The notes: generated by a model not told the origin, from the sequence alone. A stretch of DNA of 64,000 bases from an uncultured Spirochaetota bacterium (GCA_963835575.1 CAWIGG010000006.1:256001-320000); one strand, 5' to 3'; shown: positions 49,405 through 59,331, numbered from the stretch's first letter. Translations and numbers: made by a program.

Positions 49405-51765
49405 ATGGCTGATGTTGATAACAAAAAAAGAGAAAAGCTGCCCCTGATACCATTGAGGGGCATTGTCGTTTTTCCATATATGGTTGTTCCGCTTATAATC
49501 GGCAGGACAACGTCCGTCAAAGCGGTAATGCACGCGTTTGAGAACAACCTGCCGCTTTTCCTGTCCGCCCAGAAGAGCAAGGATGTTGAAAATCCCTCGG
49601 ACCAGGATATTTATGAGGTAGGCTGTATTTCCACGATCCTGGAACTGATCAATATGCCGAACGGGATGGTCAGGATCCTTGTCGAGGGCTTGAAAAGGGG
49701 AAGGGTCTCCAAATATGTGCAGGATGACGGCTTTTATCTGGCCGAGGTGGACGACCTGGAAAGCAGGGTATTGAACAGCAATGAGTTGGAAGCCCTGATC
49801 AGGACGCTTAAAGACAAGTTCGTCGAATATATCTCCCTCAATCCGAAGATCCCGAAGGAAACGGCCGCCTCGATAGTCGCGATCGACGATTCGGAAAAAT
49901 TGATAGACGCTGTTATGGCCAATATCCCGTCGCAGGTGACGGACAAGCAGGCCATCCTGGAAGAGAATGAGATAAACGAAAGGCTGACCAAAACGCTCGC
50001 GCTGGTCCATAAAGAGATCGATGTCCTGAAAATAGAGGATGATATCAACAAGCGCGTCCAGGACAGAATGGAAAAGATGCAGAAAAAATATTTTCTGAAC
50101 GAGCAGCTCAAGGAAATCCGCAAGGAACTGGACGAGGGTGAAAGCCAGGATGAAGGGATCGCCGAGCTGAAGGAAAGGATGAAGGGAAAGGAAATGCCCG
50201 AATCGGTCAAGGAAAAGTTTGAAGGGGAGCTGGAAAGGCTTTCAAAAATACCGAATATGTCGCCGGAATATACGGTCCTCTATAATTATATCGAATGGCT
50301 TGTGGACCTGCCCTGGGGCATTTACACGACCGACAATAAAGACCTGGTGGTGGCGGAAGACATCCTGGAAACAGAGCATTACGGCCTGAAGGAAGCGAAG
50401 GAAAGGATCATCGATTTTATCGCCGTGCGCCAGCTGAACCCTAAGTCCAAGGGGCCGATCATCTGCCTTGTCGGGCCTCCCGGCACAGGAAAGACATCGC
50501 TGGCGAAATCCATCGCGCACGCGCTGAACCGCAATTTTATACGTGTGTCCCTCGGGGGCGTTAGGGACGAGGCGGAAATCCGCGGCCACCGCAGGACCTA
50601 TGTCGGGGCACTGCCGGGGAAGATCGTCCAGATGATGAAGAAGGCCGGTTCGATGAACCCCGTCTTCCTGATGGATGAAATAGATAAAATGAGCATGGAT
50701 TTCCGGGGCGATCCCAGTTCGGCGCTATTGGAAGTACTGGATCCGGAGCAGAATAACGCCTTTAACGACCATTACCTCTCGCTCGATTTTGACCTTTCTT
50801 ATGTCTTCTTTCTGACTACCGCAAATAACTTATATAATATTCCCATTCCCTTAAGGGACAGGATGGAGATCATAGAAATACCCGGCTATACTGAACTGGA
50901 AAAAAAGGAGATCGCCAAGAAATTCCTCATACCCAAGCAGATGATCGAAAACGGGCTGAGCGATGTGAAGATCAATTTCACCGATAACGCCATTCTGGAC
51001 ATCGTCCGGTTTTACACAAAAGAGGCCGGGGTGAGGAACCTCGAAAGGAACGCGGGGAAGGTGATCCGGAAGATAGCCCGGGAAAAGGTGAAGCATGACA
51101 TCAAAACGGTCCAGATAAATTCGAAAAGAATTGAAAAATACCTGGGCGTCAGGAAGTTCGACTTTACCAGGGGCCAGAAGGAACCGCGCGTCGGTGTGAT
51201 AGCCGGATTGGCATGGACCGAGAACGGCGGCGACGTTCTTTATATCGAAAGCTCCATCTTTAAAGGAAAGGGCGACCTCATCCTCACGGGCCAGCTGGGG
51301 GAAGTGATGCAGGAATCGGCGAAGATCGCCTTTTCGTACGCCAAGGCCGTGGCGGAAAAATACGGCATAGACCCGGCCAAGTTCAAAACAAACGACCTGC
51401 ATATCCATGTGCCGGAAGGCGCCATACCCAAGGACGGGCCGTCCGCGGGCGTGACCATGATCAGTTCGATCATTTCCACTTACGCCGGCAAAAAGGCGAA
51501 GAACGATTACGCCATGACGGGCGAGATCACCCTCAAGGGCGATGTCCTGCCGATCGGCGGCCTTCGTGAAAAGCTCCTGGCGGCGAAGAGGGGCGGCATC
51601 TTCAGCGTCATTGTCCCGAAGAATAATGAAAAGGACATCAGCGAAATGCCGGAACAGATTTTAAAAGACCTCAACCTTTATTATGTTGAGAGGATTGAAG
51701 AGGTCCTGGAGAAGATTCTTATTGATGATAAGCCACCGGCGGCGAGGAAGAAGAAAAAATCCTGA
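49405..51765 (+). CDS. lon: Lon protease
   Basis: GPPGTGKTS, RGHRRTYVG, PKDGPSAG, EKLLAA. Confidence 0.97.
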   Translation: MADVDNKKREKLPLIPLRGIVVFPYMVVPLIIGRTTSVKAVMHAFENNLPLFLSAQKSKDVENPSDQDIYEVGCISTILELINMPNGMVRILVEGLKRGRVSKYVQDDGFYLAEVDDLESRVLNSNELEALIRTLKDKFVEYISLNPKIPKETAASIVAIDDSEKLIDAVMANIPSQVTDKQAILEENEINERLTKTLALVHKEIDVLKIEDDINKRVQDRMEKMQKKYFLNEQLKEIRKELDEGESQDEGIAELKERMKGKEMPESVKEKFEGELERLSKIPNMSPEYTVLYNYIEWLVDLPWGIYTTDNKDLVVAEDILETEHYGLKEAKERIIDFIAVRQLNPKSKGPIICLVGPPGTGKTSLAKSIAHALNRNFIRVSLGGVRDEAEIRGHRRTYVGALPGKIVQMMKKAGSMNPVFLMDEIDKMSMDFRGDPSSALLEVLDPEQNNAFNDHYLSLDFDLSYVFFLTTANNLYNIPIPLRDRMEIIEIPGYTELEKKEIAKKFLIPKQMIENGLSDVKINFTDNAILDIVRFYTKEAGVRNLERNAGKVIRKIAREKVKHDIKTVQINSKRIEKYLGVRKFDFTRGQKEPRVGVIAGLAWTENGGDVLYIESSIFKGKGDLILTGQLGEVMQESAKIAFSYAKAVAEKYGIDPAKFKTNDLHIHVPEGAIPKDGPSAGVTMISSIISTYAGKKAKNDYAMTGEITLKGDVLPIGGLREKLLAAKRGGIFSVIVPKNNEKDISEMPEQILKDLNLYYVERIEEVLEKILIDDKPPAARKKKKS

Positions 51766-51889
51766 TTTTCAAATCATTCTTTTTATTCAATAAAGGCAAT
51801 ATTTTCACAATCATCGTGAGGCATTCATTATTTCAATTTTATTCTATTATATTTTAAACCGTCAATAATTGACGGGGAAATTAGCGTCT

Positions 51890-51938
51890 TTTTTTTCTTT
51901 TCGAGAGGCTGTGAGACAGCCTCTCGAAAAGAAAAAAA
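51890..51938. repeat. 23-bp-arm hairpin (possible terminator or collapsed element)
   Basis: TTTTTTTCTTTTCGAGAGGCTGT-GAG-ACAGCCTCTCGAAAAGAAAAAAA. Confidence 0.75.
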
Positions 51939-52047
51939 GTACGCAACCCCTTTGACTGCCAGTCGTGTCAAAATTGTTGCCGTTTAAATAAATACCATTT
52001 GAATTATATAAAAAATTATCTTATAATAATATGAGCGAGGTGGTAAA

Positions 52048-52272
52048 ATGAATTATAAAGACAGGCTGGAAATAAATCCCGTCATTATGGTCGGCAAGCC
52101 GGTCATTAAGGGGACCCGCATCACCGTTGAATTATTGCTTCGGAAGCTGTCGGAAGGGATGACAATGGAGGAATTGCTCACTGCCTACCCAAACCTCAAA
52201 CACGAAGACATATACGCCGTTTTATCATATTCGGCGGATGTCATCGGCAAGGAGGAGATGCTTGTCCCTTAA
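52048..52272 (+). CDS. DUF433 family antitoxin
   Basis: P.IM.GKPVIKGTRITVE..L..L..G...EELL..YP.L...DI. Confidence 0.9.
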   Translation: MNYKDRLEINPVIMVGKPVIKGTRITVELLLRKLSEGMTMEELLTAYPNLKHEDIYAVLSYSADVIGKEEMLVP

Positions 52273-52618
52273 AATCCTTGCCGATGAAAATGTCGATTTC
52301 CGGATTGTGAAACAGTTGAGAGAATCGGGAATAACTGTTTTATCGGTGCTGGAGTCCGGCTCCGGCAAATCCGATATCCAGGTAATGGAATTAGCACGGC
52401 AAAACGATGCCCTCATTTTGACGGAAGACAGTGATTTCGGGGAGCCTGTTTTTTCCTATCAATATAAGAATACCGGAATTGTTTTCATACGTTACGTCAA
52501 CGAAAATTTACAGCAAATCGTCAAAAACATCTCATCTGTCATATCGAAATACGGCATATCCCTATACAAAAAGTTTGCTGTGATAACACCGGATAAGATC
52601 AGAGTAAGAGATTTATAA
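52262..52618 (+). CDS. DUF5615 family PIN-like toxin
   Basis: KILADENV, D..VM..A, ILTEDSDFGE; probable TTG start 52262 overlapping the antitoxin. Confidence 0.85.
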   Translation: MSLKILADENVDFRIVKQLRESGITVLSVLESGSGKSDIQVMELARQNDALILTEDSDFGEPVFSYQYKNTGIVFIRYVNENLQQIVKNISSVISKYGISLYKKFAVITPDKIRVRDL

Positions 52619-52788
52619 GTAAAAAGTAATTAACGAGGAATGATGATAGCGCCGGACATGGGAAAACACAGACAAGAATGTCTGTGATACCGCTGGTACT
52701 GCCGGATAAGCCTTTCTCCAATTCTTGTATTAAAAAAGAATATTTTATTATGAATGAATAGAATAATAATCATAAAAGAAGCAATGCA

Positions 52789-53075
52789 AAACATCTGTTC
52801 CCAAGGCCATTTTCCTCTTATCCATAATCTACAATCTCGATTTATAGTCGTGTCATCTGCTAATATAATAATAGAAGAGAGGCACATGCTTGCGGCAAGG
52901 ACGCCGCAACCGACGCATAAAGCCATTGGACGGCGATATAAGGAGGCTATTTTAATCAGGGATCGTTTTTTTAAAAGCCGGATGACATACCTTCATACAA
53001 ACCGATAGCTTCGTATGAAAATGGCCTCGAAATAGGCATTTTTCTTTCGATTCACTTTCTTTTGTTTTAATGCTG
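52789..53075. repeat. Structured ~320-nt repeat, copy 2 (continues 54751-54777 past the IS)
   Basis: Homologous to 29986-30279. Confidence 0.85.
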
Positions 53076-54750
53076 TTGCCTGTCGGTTTTTATAACATGC
53101 TTCATGGACATACGGCAGGGTTCCCGTTAAAATAAAACGGGAGAAAAAGATGGCAAGATTTGAAAAGAACAGCCTGGAGCAGGGTGAGTTCCTCGCGATC
53201 AATATAGGCGAGCAGTTTGATGAGAATTCCAGAGAATTTATACTAAAAGAATTCATCAAAAACCGTATTAAACTGGAGGATTTCGCGGCTTACTATAAGA
53301 ACGACCATAGAGGCAGAGAGATTAAAAATCCTCGGGATGTGATCTGTGCGGTACTCTACGGTTACATTACGGGAAATCGTATCAGCCGAAAGATAGAAGA
53401 TTTGCTGAAAAAACACATTGGGTTTATGTATGTTTCAAACCGGCTGAAAATTGACCATTCGGTAATTTGCGAGTTCAAGGTACTTTTTCAGGAAAAGATC
53501 GAGGAGTTGTTCAGCCAGCTTTTATATATACTCAACGAAATGGGGTCTATAGATTGGGACATGGTAGTGGGTGACGGCACAAAGATCAAGGCCTACGCGA
53601 GTAAGAATAAGAATGTGGGAAAGAAACATACCCGGAAGCTGATGGACACTTACCAGAAGATGGCGGAAAAGATTGTGAAACAAGACCTGGAACTGGAAGA
53701 ATCTTACCGGGAAGGCAAGCTGGAGCAGCCTTATTACGAAGCGGAGAAGAAGCGGGTATCAAGGCGGAAAAAGATTTACGATAGTGTTTTGAACCAAATC
53801 GATGAATACAAAAAACAGGTAGAGAGAGGGGAAAAGACAGACGAAGAATTCACCAACCTGACTGATCCCGAAAGCAAGCTGATGTCTGGAAATCCGCATA
53901 GTGTGTTTATACAGGGATATAATTCGGCGATGATGGTCAGTAATAATGATGTGATTATAGATTTTGAAGCAATCACAACACCGGAAAAACAGCATACGGA
54001 AGAAATGGTAAAGAGGGTGGAACAGAAAAAAGCGGAATTAAAAGTTGATAAGGCTAGCAAATACCTTTTTGATTCGGGTTTTCAGGACATGGAAGAGACA
54101 ATCCGGATGGTGGAGGAAGGAAAAGACCTTTATGTGGATACGAAAGAGCGGGATTTCAGTGATAAATCACAGAAGCGAAGAGACTTTAAACTGGAAAAGA
54201 TTGATGACGAATATATCCTGGGATGCCGGGGCGGCCGTAAGGAAAATGGGTATTTAGATCGAAATAACCAAAGATATACATTTTTGTATTCACGGAAGGG
54301 CTGTGAAAGATGTCCATTTTTCAGTGAGTGTTATAAAAACATCAAACCGAAAACACAGCAAAAGACAGTAATTTTCAGTGAGTTTGAATTGAATAATCGG
54401 TCTAAGATTGATGCTTATTTAACAAAACTTTACAGCGAAGAAGGGCAAAAGATATACAACCGCAGGATAGGTAAAGAACACGTATTTTCAAACATCAAAA
54501 CACAGAAGGGTTATGTTCAGACAGTTTACAGAGGTCAACGGAAAGTGAATTTGGAGCTATGCTGGGTATCCCTTGCGCATAATTTTATGAAATATGCCCA
54601 ATATTTGAGAAAATAGAGAGGATTTTGTATAGTCTGAGTATCGATTATTCGAAATTTATTATTAAAATCAGCTAAGCTGACAAAATTTTTATTTGCCCGC
54701 TTATTGTAAGGGGCTGGTTTGACTCCGAAAATGAAATAACCGACAGGCAA
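53076..54750 (+). mobile_element. IS1182 family element, copy 2 (1675 bp)
   Basis: Perfect 13-bp IRs TTGCCTGTCGGTT / AACCGACAGGCAA. Confidence 0.88.
53150..54616 (+). CDS. IS1182 family transposase (intact)
   Basis: LYGY...SRKIE...GFMY N-terminus, DGTKIKA.AS, NLTDPES, DSGF, CERCP...C, YNRR...EHVF..IK. Confidence 0.88.
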   Translation: MARFEKNSLEQGEFLAINIGEQFDENSREFILKEFIKNRIKLEDFAAYYKNDHRGREIKNPRDVICAVLYGYITGNRISRKIEDLLKKHIGFMYVSNRLKIDHSVICEFKVLFQEKIEELFSQLLYILNEMGSIDWDMVVGDGTKIKAYASKNKNVGKKHTRKLMDTYQKMAEKIVKQDLELEESYREGKLEQPYYEAEKKRVSRRKKIYDSVLNQIDEYKKQVERGEKTDEEFTNLTDPESKLMSGNPHSVFIQGYNSAMMVSNNDVIIDFEAITTPEKQHTEEMVKRVEQKKAELKVDKASKYLFDSGFQDMEETIRMVEEGKDLYVDTKERDFSDKSQKRRDFKLEKIDDEYILGCRGGRKENGYLDRNNQRYTFLYSRKGCERCPFFSECYKNIKPKTQQKTVIFSEFELNNRSKIDAYLTKLYSEEGQKIYNRRIGKEHVFSNIKTQKGYVQTVYRGQRKVNLELCWVSLAHNFMKYAQYLRK

Positions 54751-54859
54751 GCCGGACAAAAGAAAGTGAACATCCCCAGGCTGCCAGTCGTGACAAAAAT
54801 CCTATGATCTTATCGTAAAAAAGCTTTTTTAAGCATTTTTATAAAAATGCAGATTAAAT

Positions 54860-56848
54860 TTATTCAAGAACAGTTACCGGCACGGTTTTTTTAAATATAT
54901 AACTTTCCAGTTCAAAAACCATTTTATCAATGGTATTGAGCAGATTGTCGAGCCTGTCTTGAGGGCTTATGTGATTTTGAGGCTGTTCGTTCCGGATTTT
55001 GGAAAGAACGGCAATTCTATATTTGTTGAGTTCTTCGATAATATCTTTTATGCCGCTGGTATCGATGCTTTCAATTTTATCCTTCAGGAATTGCGTTACT
55101 TTACTGGCATATATTTGTACCAGCTCTTCCAGGTTTTTAAACGTGTTTTCAATATAATGGCTGGAATAGCGGGAGGCGGTCAGATACTTAACCTTGATTG
55201 AAGGCAATGTTTTCTTGCGGAGTGTAAAGATTTCCCGGAGCGCCTTTTTCAGATCAAGGCCCTGCACCCGGGCGGTTTTTTCACGCAGTGAAAGATTTAT
55301 TTTCTCCATGTAAGCCTTGAATCGATTGAGGACGGCCATTTTATGGTTGATCTGCTTCTCGGTGATCTTGAAGAAATGGTAGCCGTAGATGGCCTGCTGC
55401 ACCGCTTTCGGGAACGCCCCGGGCTTTTTGATAAGCACTTTAGCCAGGAACTTGAGATAATAATAACCGTGGAGGCTGAACGTCTGCAGTAAGAGCGAGC
55501 GGAAGAAAGCCATGCCGTAAGTCAGGATATTTGACAGCGATGTTTTAACTTTTGAAGAGCGGAAATTGTCCGGCATGATCATCAGCATATCGTAACAACG
55601 CTGGAAATACACTTTCGGCTTGTAGATGGTCGATATCACCCTTTTATATCCCGCGATCAGCTTTTCCGCCGGCATTGTGGGGATAAAATTCAACTCGAGG
55701 TCATGGGTATTGTTGCCGGAAGTTTCATGAAGGATCCTGTTCTCTTTTTCAAGGCGCCTGTAAAGCTGTGTCTGGGGAAGCGCGGCCATAAGGCCCACCA
55801 TGGCAGTGGGAATGGCAGACTCTTTTATAAAATCGATCTGAAGGTCGAAGATGTTTTCAGGCTCGTTGTCAAAGCCCAGTATAAAACCGGAGGACACTTC
55901 TATCCCTTTTTTTTGTATCTTATGGACGCTTTCAAGGAGCGACATCTTTGTGTTCTGCTTTTTATTGGTCAGGATCAGGGATTCCTCGACGGGGGTCTCG
56001 ATCCCGACAAAAACCATGTTGAACCGGGAAGCGGCCATCAGGTCCATCAGTTCCTCGTCCTGCGCCAGGTTGATGCTGCCTTCGGTGATAAAAGTAAAGG
56101 GCTGCTTCTTTTCTTTCTGCCATTCGATCATGCGGCGCAGAAGCTTTTTTACCTCTATCTTGTTCCCGATAAAGTTGTCGTCAACGACGAATATGGAGCC
56201 TCTGTAACCGGTATCGTATACTCTCTGCAATTCCACGGTAAACTGCTCCGGGGTTTTTGTCCGCGGCACCCGGCCGAACAGTTCAATGATGTCGCAGAAT
56301 TCGCAGTTAAAGGGGCATCCCCTGGAATACTGCAGGACCATCGATGAATATTGGTTGATATCAATGAGGTCAAACCTTGGTACCGGGGTTGTCGTTATAT
56401 CCGGTTTTGCTTCGCTCCGATATATCTTTTTGGCTTTCCCTTCTTTCAGGTCTTTAAAAAATAACGGCAATGTGATTTCCGCTTCATCCAGGACAAAATG
56501 GTCGACGCCTTTGATGCTCTGATGGGAAACGGTGGGGTGGGGGCCTCCCGCCACGACGGGTTTATTGTATTTTCTGCATAATTTGATGACTTCGTCCATG
56601 GAATCCTTCTGGACGATCATCGCCGAAATAAAAACATAATCCGCATCGATAATATCTTTGTCTTTCAAGGGGGTGATGTTTGTATTGATCAGTTTTACGT
56701 CATATTCTTCGGGAATTAAAGCCGCTACGGTCAGTAAACCGAGGGGCGGGAAATTCGTTTTTTTCCCGATAAAAGGCAGGCTGTATTCAAAACTCCAGTA
56801 TGTGCTGGGTATCTTCGGATAAACCATGAGTATCTTTTTTTTAATCAT
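54860..56848 (-). CDS. B12-binding radical SAM protein (DUF4070-type) with C-terminal extension
   Basis: PPLGLLTVAA, GGPHPT, SRGCPFNCEFCDI, VDDNFIGN. Confidence 0.9.
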   Translation of the reverse strand: MIKKKILMVYPKIPSTYWSFEYSLPFIGKKTNFPPLGLLTVAALIPEEYDVKLINTNITPLKDKDIIDADYVFISAMIVQKDSMDEVIKLCRKYNKPVVAGGPHPTVSHQSIKGVDHFVLDEAEITLPLFFKDLKEGKAKKIYRSEAKPDITTTPVPRFDLIDINQYSSMVLQYSRGCPFNCEFCDIIELFGRVPRTKTPEQFTVELQRVYDTGYRGSIFVVDDNFIGNKIEVKKLLRRMIEWQKEKKQPFTFITEGSINLAQDEELMDLMAASRFNMVFVGIETPVEESLILTNKKQNTKMSLLESVHKIQKKGIEVSSGFILGFDNEPENIFDLQIDFIKESAIPTAMVGLMAALPQTQLYRRLEKENRILHETSGNNTHDLELNFIPTMPAEKLIAGYKRVISTIYKPKVYFQRCYDMLMIMPDNFRSSKVKTSLSNILTYGMAFFRSLLLQTFSLHGYYYLKFLAKVLIKKPGAFPKAVQQAIYGYHFFKITEKQINHKMAVLNRFKAYMEKINLSLREKTARVQGLDLKKALREIFTLRKKTLPSIKVKYLTASRYSSHYIENTFKNLEELVQIYASKVTQFLKDKIESIDTSGIKDIIEELNKYRIAVLSKIRNEQPQNHISPQDRLDNLLNTIDKMVFELESYIFKKTVPVTVLE

Positions 56849-57123
56849 AAAAACTCCTCTTTTGAAAAAAGTAAAACCAACCTTTGTAAAAAAACCATTA
56901 TCTCAAACGAAGGAGTTTTTAATGAATTCCGGTCCGATAAAAGATTGGAATTATTGCAAGGTGTTTTTACTTTACTATTTCATTAATATTAGTCCTTAAC
57001 TCCTATTTAGTCAAGGGATTCCATAAATATATTTGTGTCAATAATTTAGCAACTCTATAATCTGCAATATGATAGGCGCTATGGTATGTCAAAGGTTTAA
57101 CATGGCAGCTTTTGATAAGAATA

Positions 57124-58506
57124 TTATAATATGATTCTTTTCCGCGCTTCACCGCCTAATAGTTCGATGACGGTCGTGATGCCGGGGCTGGCGGTGTTCC
57201 CTGTCAATTTTATGCGGATGGCCTGGACAAGGTCGCCGAATTTGACCTGGTGTTTTTCCGAGATTACCCTTAATTTTTCCTCTATTCCGGAAGCTTCCCC
57301 GGAAATCAATCCGGAGGCTTCGGTAAAAGAATCTTTTATCGCCGTGTTTTGCATGAGTTCTTCAAAAACGAACGCGGCTTTTTCATCCGTTTTGAATTCG
57401 TCGCAGGCGAAGAAGATGACCTCGTCATACAGGTCTTTCATCGTTTTATGCCTCGGCCGGAGTGAATCCAGAGCTTTTAATAGCCATGAGGCTTCCAGCA
57501 TCCTTCCCTTCTTTTCAAGCCGGGCTTCTTTCATAAATTCCTCAAAATGCGCGGTCAATTTTTCAAGCGCTATCGTTTTAAGATGCTTGCCGTTGATCCA
57601 TATCATTTTCTCTTCATCATAAACGGCGTTCGATTTGTTCAATTTCCCGATATCGAAAAGCTCTATCAGCTTTTCGACCGTAAACACTTCATCGTTGCCA
57701 TGCGACCAGCCGAGCCTCGCGATGGCGTTCAGAAGGGCTTCCGGAAGGATTCCGAGGGCCCGGTAATACTCGATGTTTGTCGAGCCTTTCCGTTTTGAAA
57801 GGGGGCTTTTGTCTTTGTCCATCACCAGCGGAAGGTGGGCAAATTGCGGGAGGGCCAGCTTGAGATGCTCATAAAGGATGATCTGCTTGGCCGTATTGGT
57901 AATATGGTCTTCCCCGCGGATGATATGCGTGATGCCCATCAGGGCGTCGTCCACAACAACGGCGAAATTATAAGTCGGCGTGCCGCCGCTTTTCATGATC
58001 ACAAAATCGTCCAGCTCTTTTGTGCTGACGGTAATTTTATTTTTTACGATGTCCTGGAAGGCGATGTTCCGTTCTTCGCCTGTGTCCACCCTGATGGTAT
58101 ATTCGCCGGCCGGTTTTTCATATCTTTTTCTGCAGAAGCGGTCGTATTTATATTCATCCAGGCCTTTTTCCTTATTGCGCCTGACGACATCTTCCTTTGA
58201 GCAGGTGCAGTAATAAGCCTTGCCGGCCTGAATGAGCCTGTCGGCGTATTCCGGGTAGATTTCAAAGCGCCCGCTCTGTTTATAAAACTCGTCGTAGCCC
58301 ATGCCCAGCCATTTCATGTCTGCGATAATGGACTCCGTATAAATATCTTCCGAGCGGCTGAGGTCCGTGTCTTCTATTCTCAGAACGAATTTGCCGCCGC
58401 AGTGCCTGGCGTAAAGCCAGTTAAAAACGGCGGTGCGGGCGCTGCCGAGGTGGAGCCTGCCTGTCGGCGACGGTGCAAAACGGACTTTAACCACAGGTTT
58501 TTCCAT
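57124..58506 (-). CDS. gltX: Glutamate--tRNA ligase
   Basis: RFAPSPTG.LHLG, LRIEDTD, IRGEDH, LSKR; likely start MEKPVV. Confidence 0.93.
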   Translation of the reverse strand: MEKPVVKVRFAPSPTGRLHLGSARTAVFNWLYARHCGGKFVLRIEDTDLSRSEDIYTESIIADMKWLGMGYDEFYKQSGRFEIYPEYADRLIQAGKAYYCTCSKEDVVRRNKEKGLDEYKYDRFCRKRYEKPAGEYTIRVDTGEERNIAFQDIVKNKITVSTKELDDFVIMKSGGTPTYNFAVVVDDALMGITHIIRGEDHITNTAKQIILYEHLKLALPQFAHLPLVMDKDKSPLSKRKGSTNIEYYRALGILPEALLNAIARLGWSHGNDEVFTVEKLIELFDIGKLNKSNAVYDEEKMIWINGKHLKTIALEKLTAHFEEFMKEARLEKKGRMLEASWLLKALDSLRPRHKTMKDLYDEVIFFACDEFKTDEKAAFVFEELMQNTAIKDSFTEASGLISGEASGIEEKLRVISEKHQVKFGDLVQAIRIKLTGNTASPGITTVIELLGGEARKRIIL

Positions 58507-58511
58507 ATCCG

Positions 58512-59234
58512 TTAAATCCTTCTCAGCCATTTGTCAAAACGAATTTTCCAGCATTTGAAAATAGCCTCGTTCACAATGCCGCCGCTCATTTTCGTCGTAC
58601 CCTCAAAACGGTCGCGGAATATGATCGGGACTTCCTTTATTTTGAAGCCGTGGTAGATTGTCTTGGCCTTCATTTCGATCTGGAAGGAATAACCGCTCGA
58701 GCTGATATGATCAAAGTTCATGCTTTCCAGCACTTTGCGGCTATAGCAGTTGTACCCGCCCGTCAGGTCCGTCAGCTTGACGCCGGTGGCGAAGCGGGCG
58801 TAAAAATTGCCGAAAATGCTGATGAAAAGCCTTCTCAGGTCCCAGTTTAAAACACGGACGCCGCGGACATAGCGAGAACCGCAGACAGCGTCGTATCCCT
58901 CTTTTAAAGCGTCGAAGAATAAATAGAGCTCATTGGGGTCGTGTGAGAAATCGGCGTCCATTTCGCAGACAAACTCATAGCCTTTCGGGCTTTTTAAAGC
59001 CCATTGAAAACCGGCCACATAGGCTTTGCCGAGGCCGGACTTTTTTTTCCGCTCCAGAAGATGGACCCGGCCGCTGTTTTTCATCATTGCCTTTATAACG
59101 CGGCCTGTGCCGTCGGGTGAGTTATCATCAACAACAAGCACATCAATGCCCTTGTTCTGCTTTAAAACAATAGGAACAATCTTCTTAATATTAATTGATT
59201 CATTGTATGTGGGAATAATCACCAAACCTTTCAT
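58512..59234 (-). CDS. Polyprenol-phosphate mannose synthase (Dpm1-like GT2)
   Basis: IIPTYNE, VDDNSPDGTG, EMDADFSH, GSRY, GYSFQIE. Confidence 0.88.
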   Translation of the reverse strand: MKGLVIIPTYNESINIKKIVPIVLKQNKGIDVLVVDDNSPDGTGRVIKAMMKNSGRVHLLERKKKSGLGKAYVAGFQWALKSPKGYEFVCEMDADFSHDPNELYLFFDALKEGYDAVCGSRYVRGVRVLNWDLRRLFISIFGNFYARFATGVKLTDLTGGYNCYSRKVLESMNFDHISSSGYSFQIEMKAKTIYHGFKIKEVPIIFRDRFEGTTKMSGGIVNEAIFKCWKIRFDKWLRRI

Positions 59235-59331
59235 ACAAACCGCCCTTAAATTGAATTGGTCATAATTGTACCATGAAACGATTATTTTGGCAATTTGTCG
59301 TTAGAGGAAGCTTAAGTTGAAATAGAAGGAA

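Noticed and set aside
48834..51479. Long antisense ORFs over clpX/lon and similar short overlapping ORFs elsewhere
   Set aside because: They are shadow frames of well-supported genes with no independent protein signal.
52754..53259. Small ORFs over the structured repeat and IS left end (52754..53008, 52993..53259, 30158..30463)
   Set aside because: The frames are not conserved between the two repeat copies.
30280..54750. Composite transposon formed by the two IS1182 copies
   Set aside because: The outer flanks do match (GCCG), but the inner flanks also match each other and both lie in half-hairpins of the target repeat. This fits recombination or mis-assembly better, and the enclosed genes are largely housekeeping.
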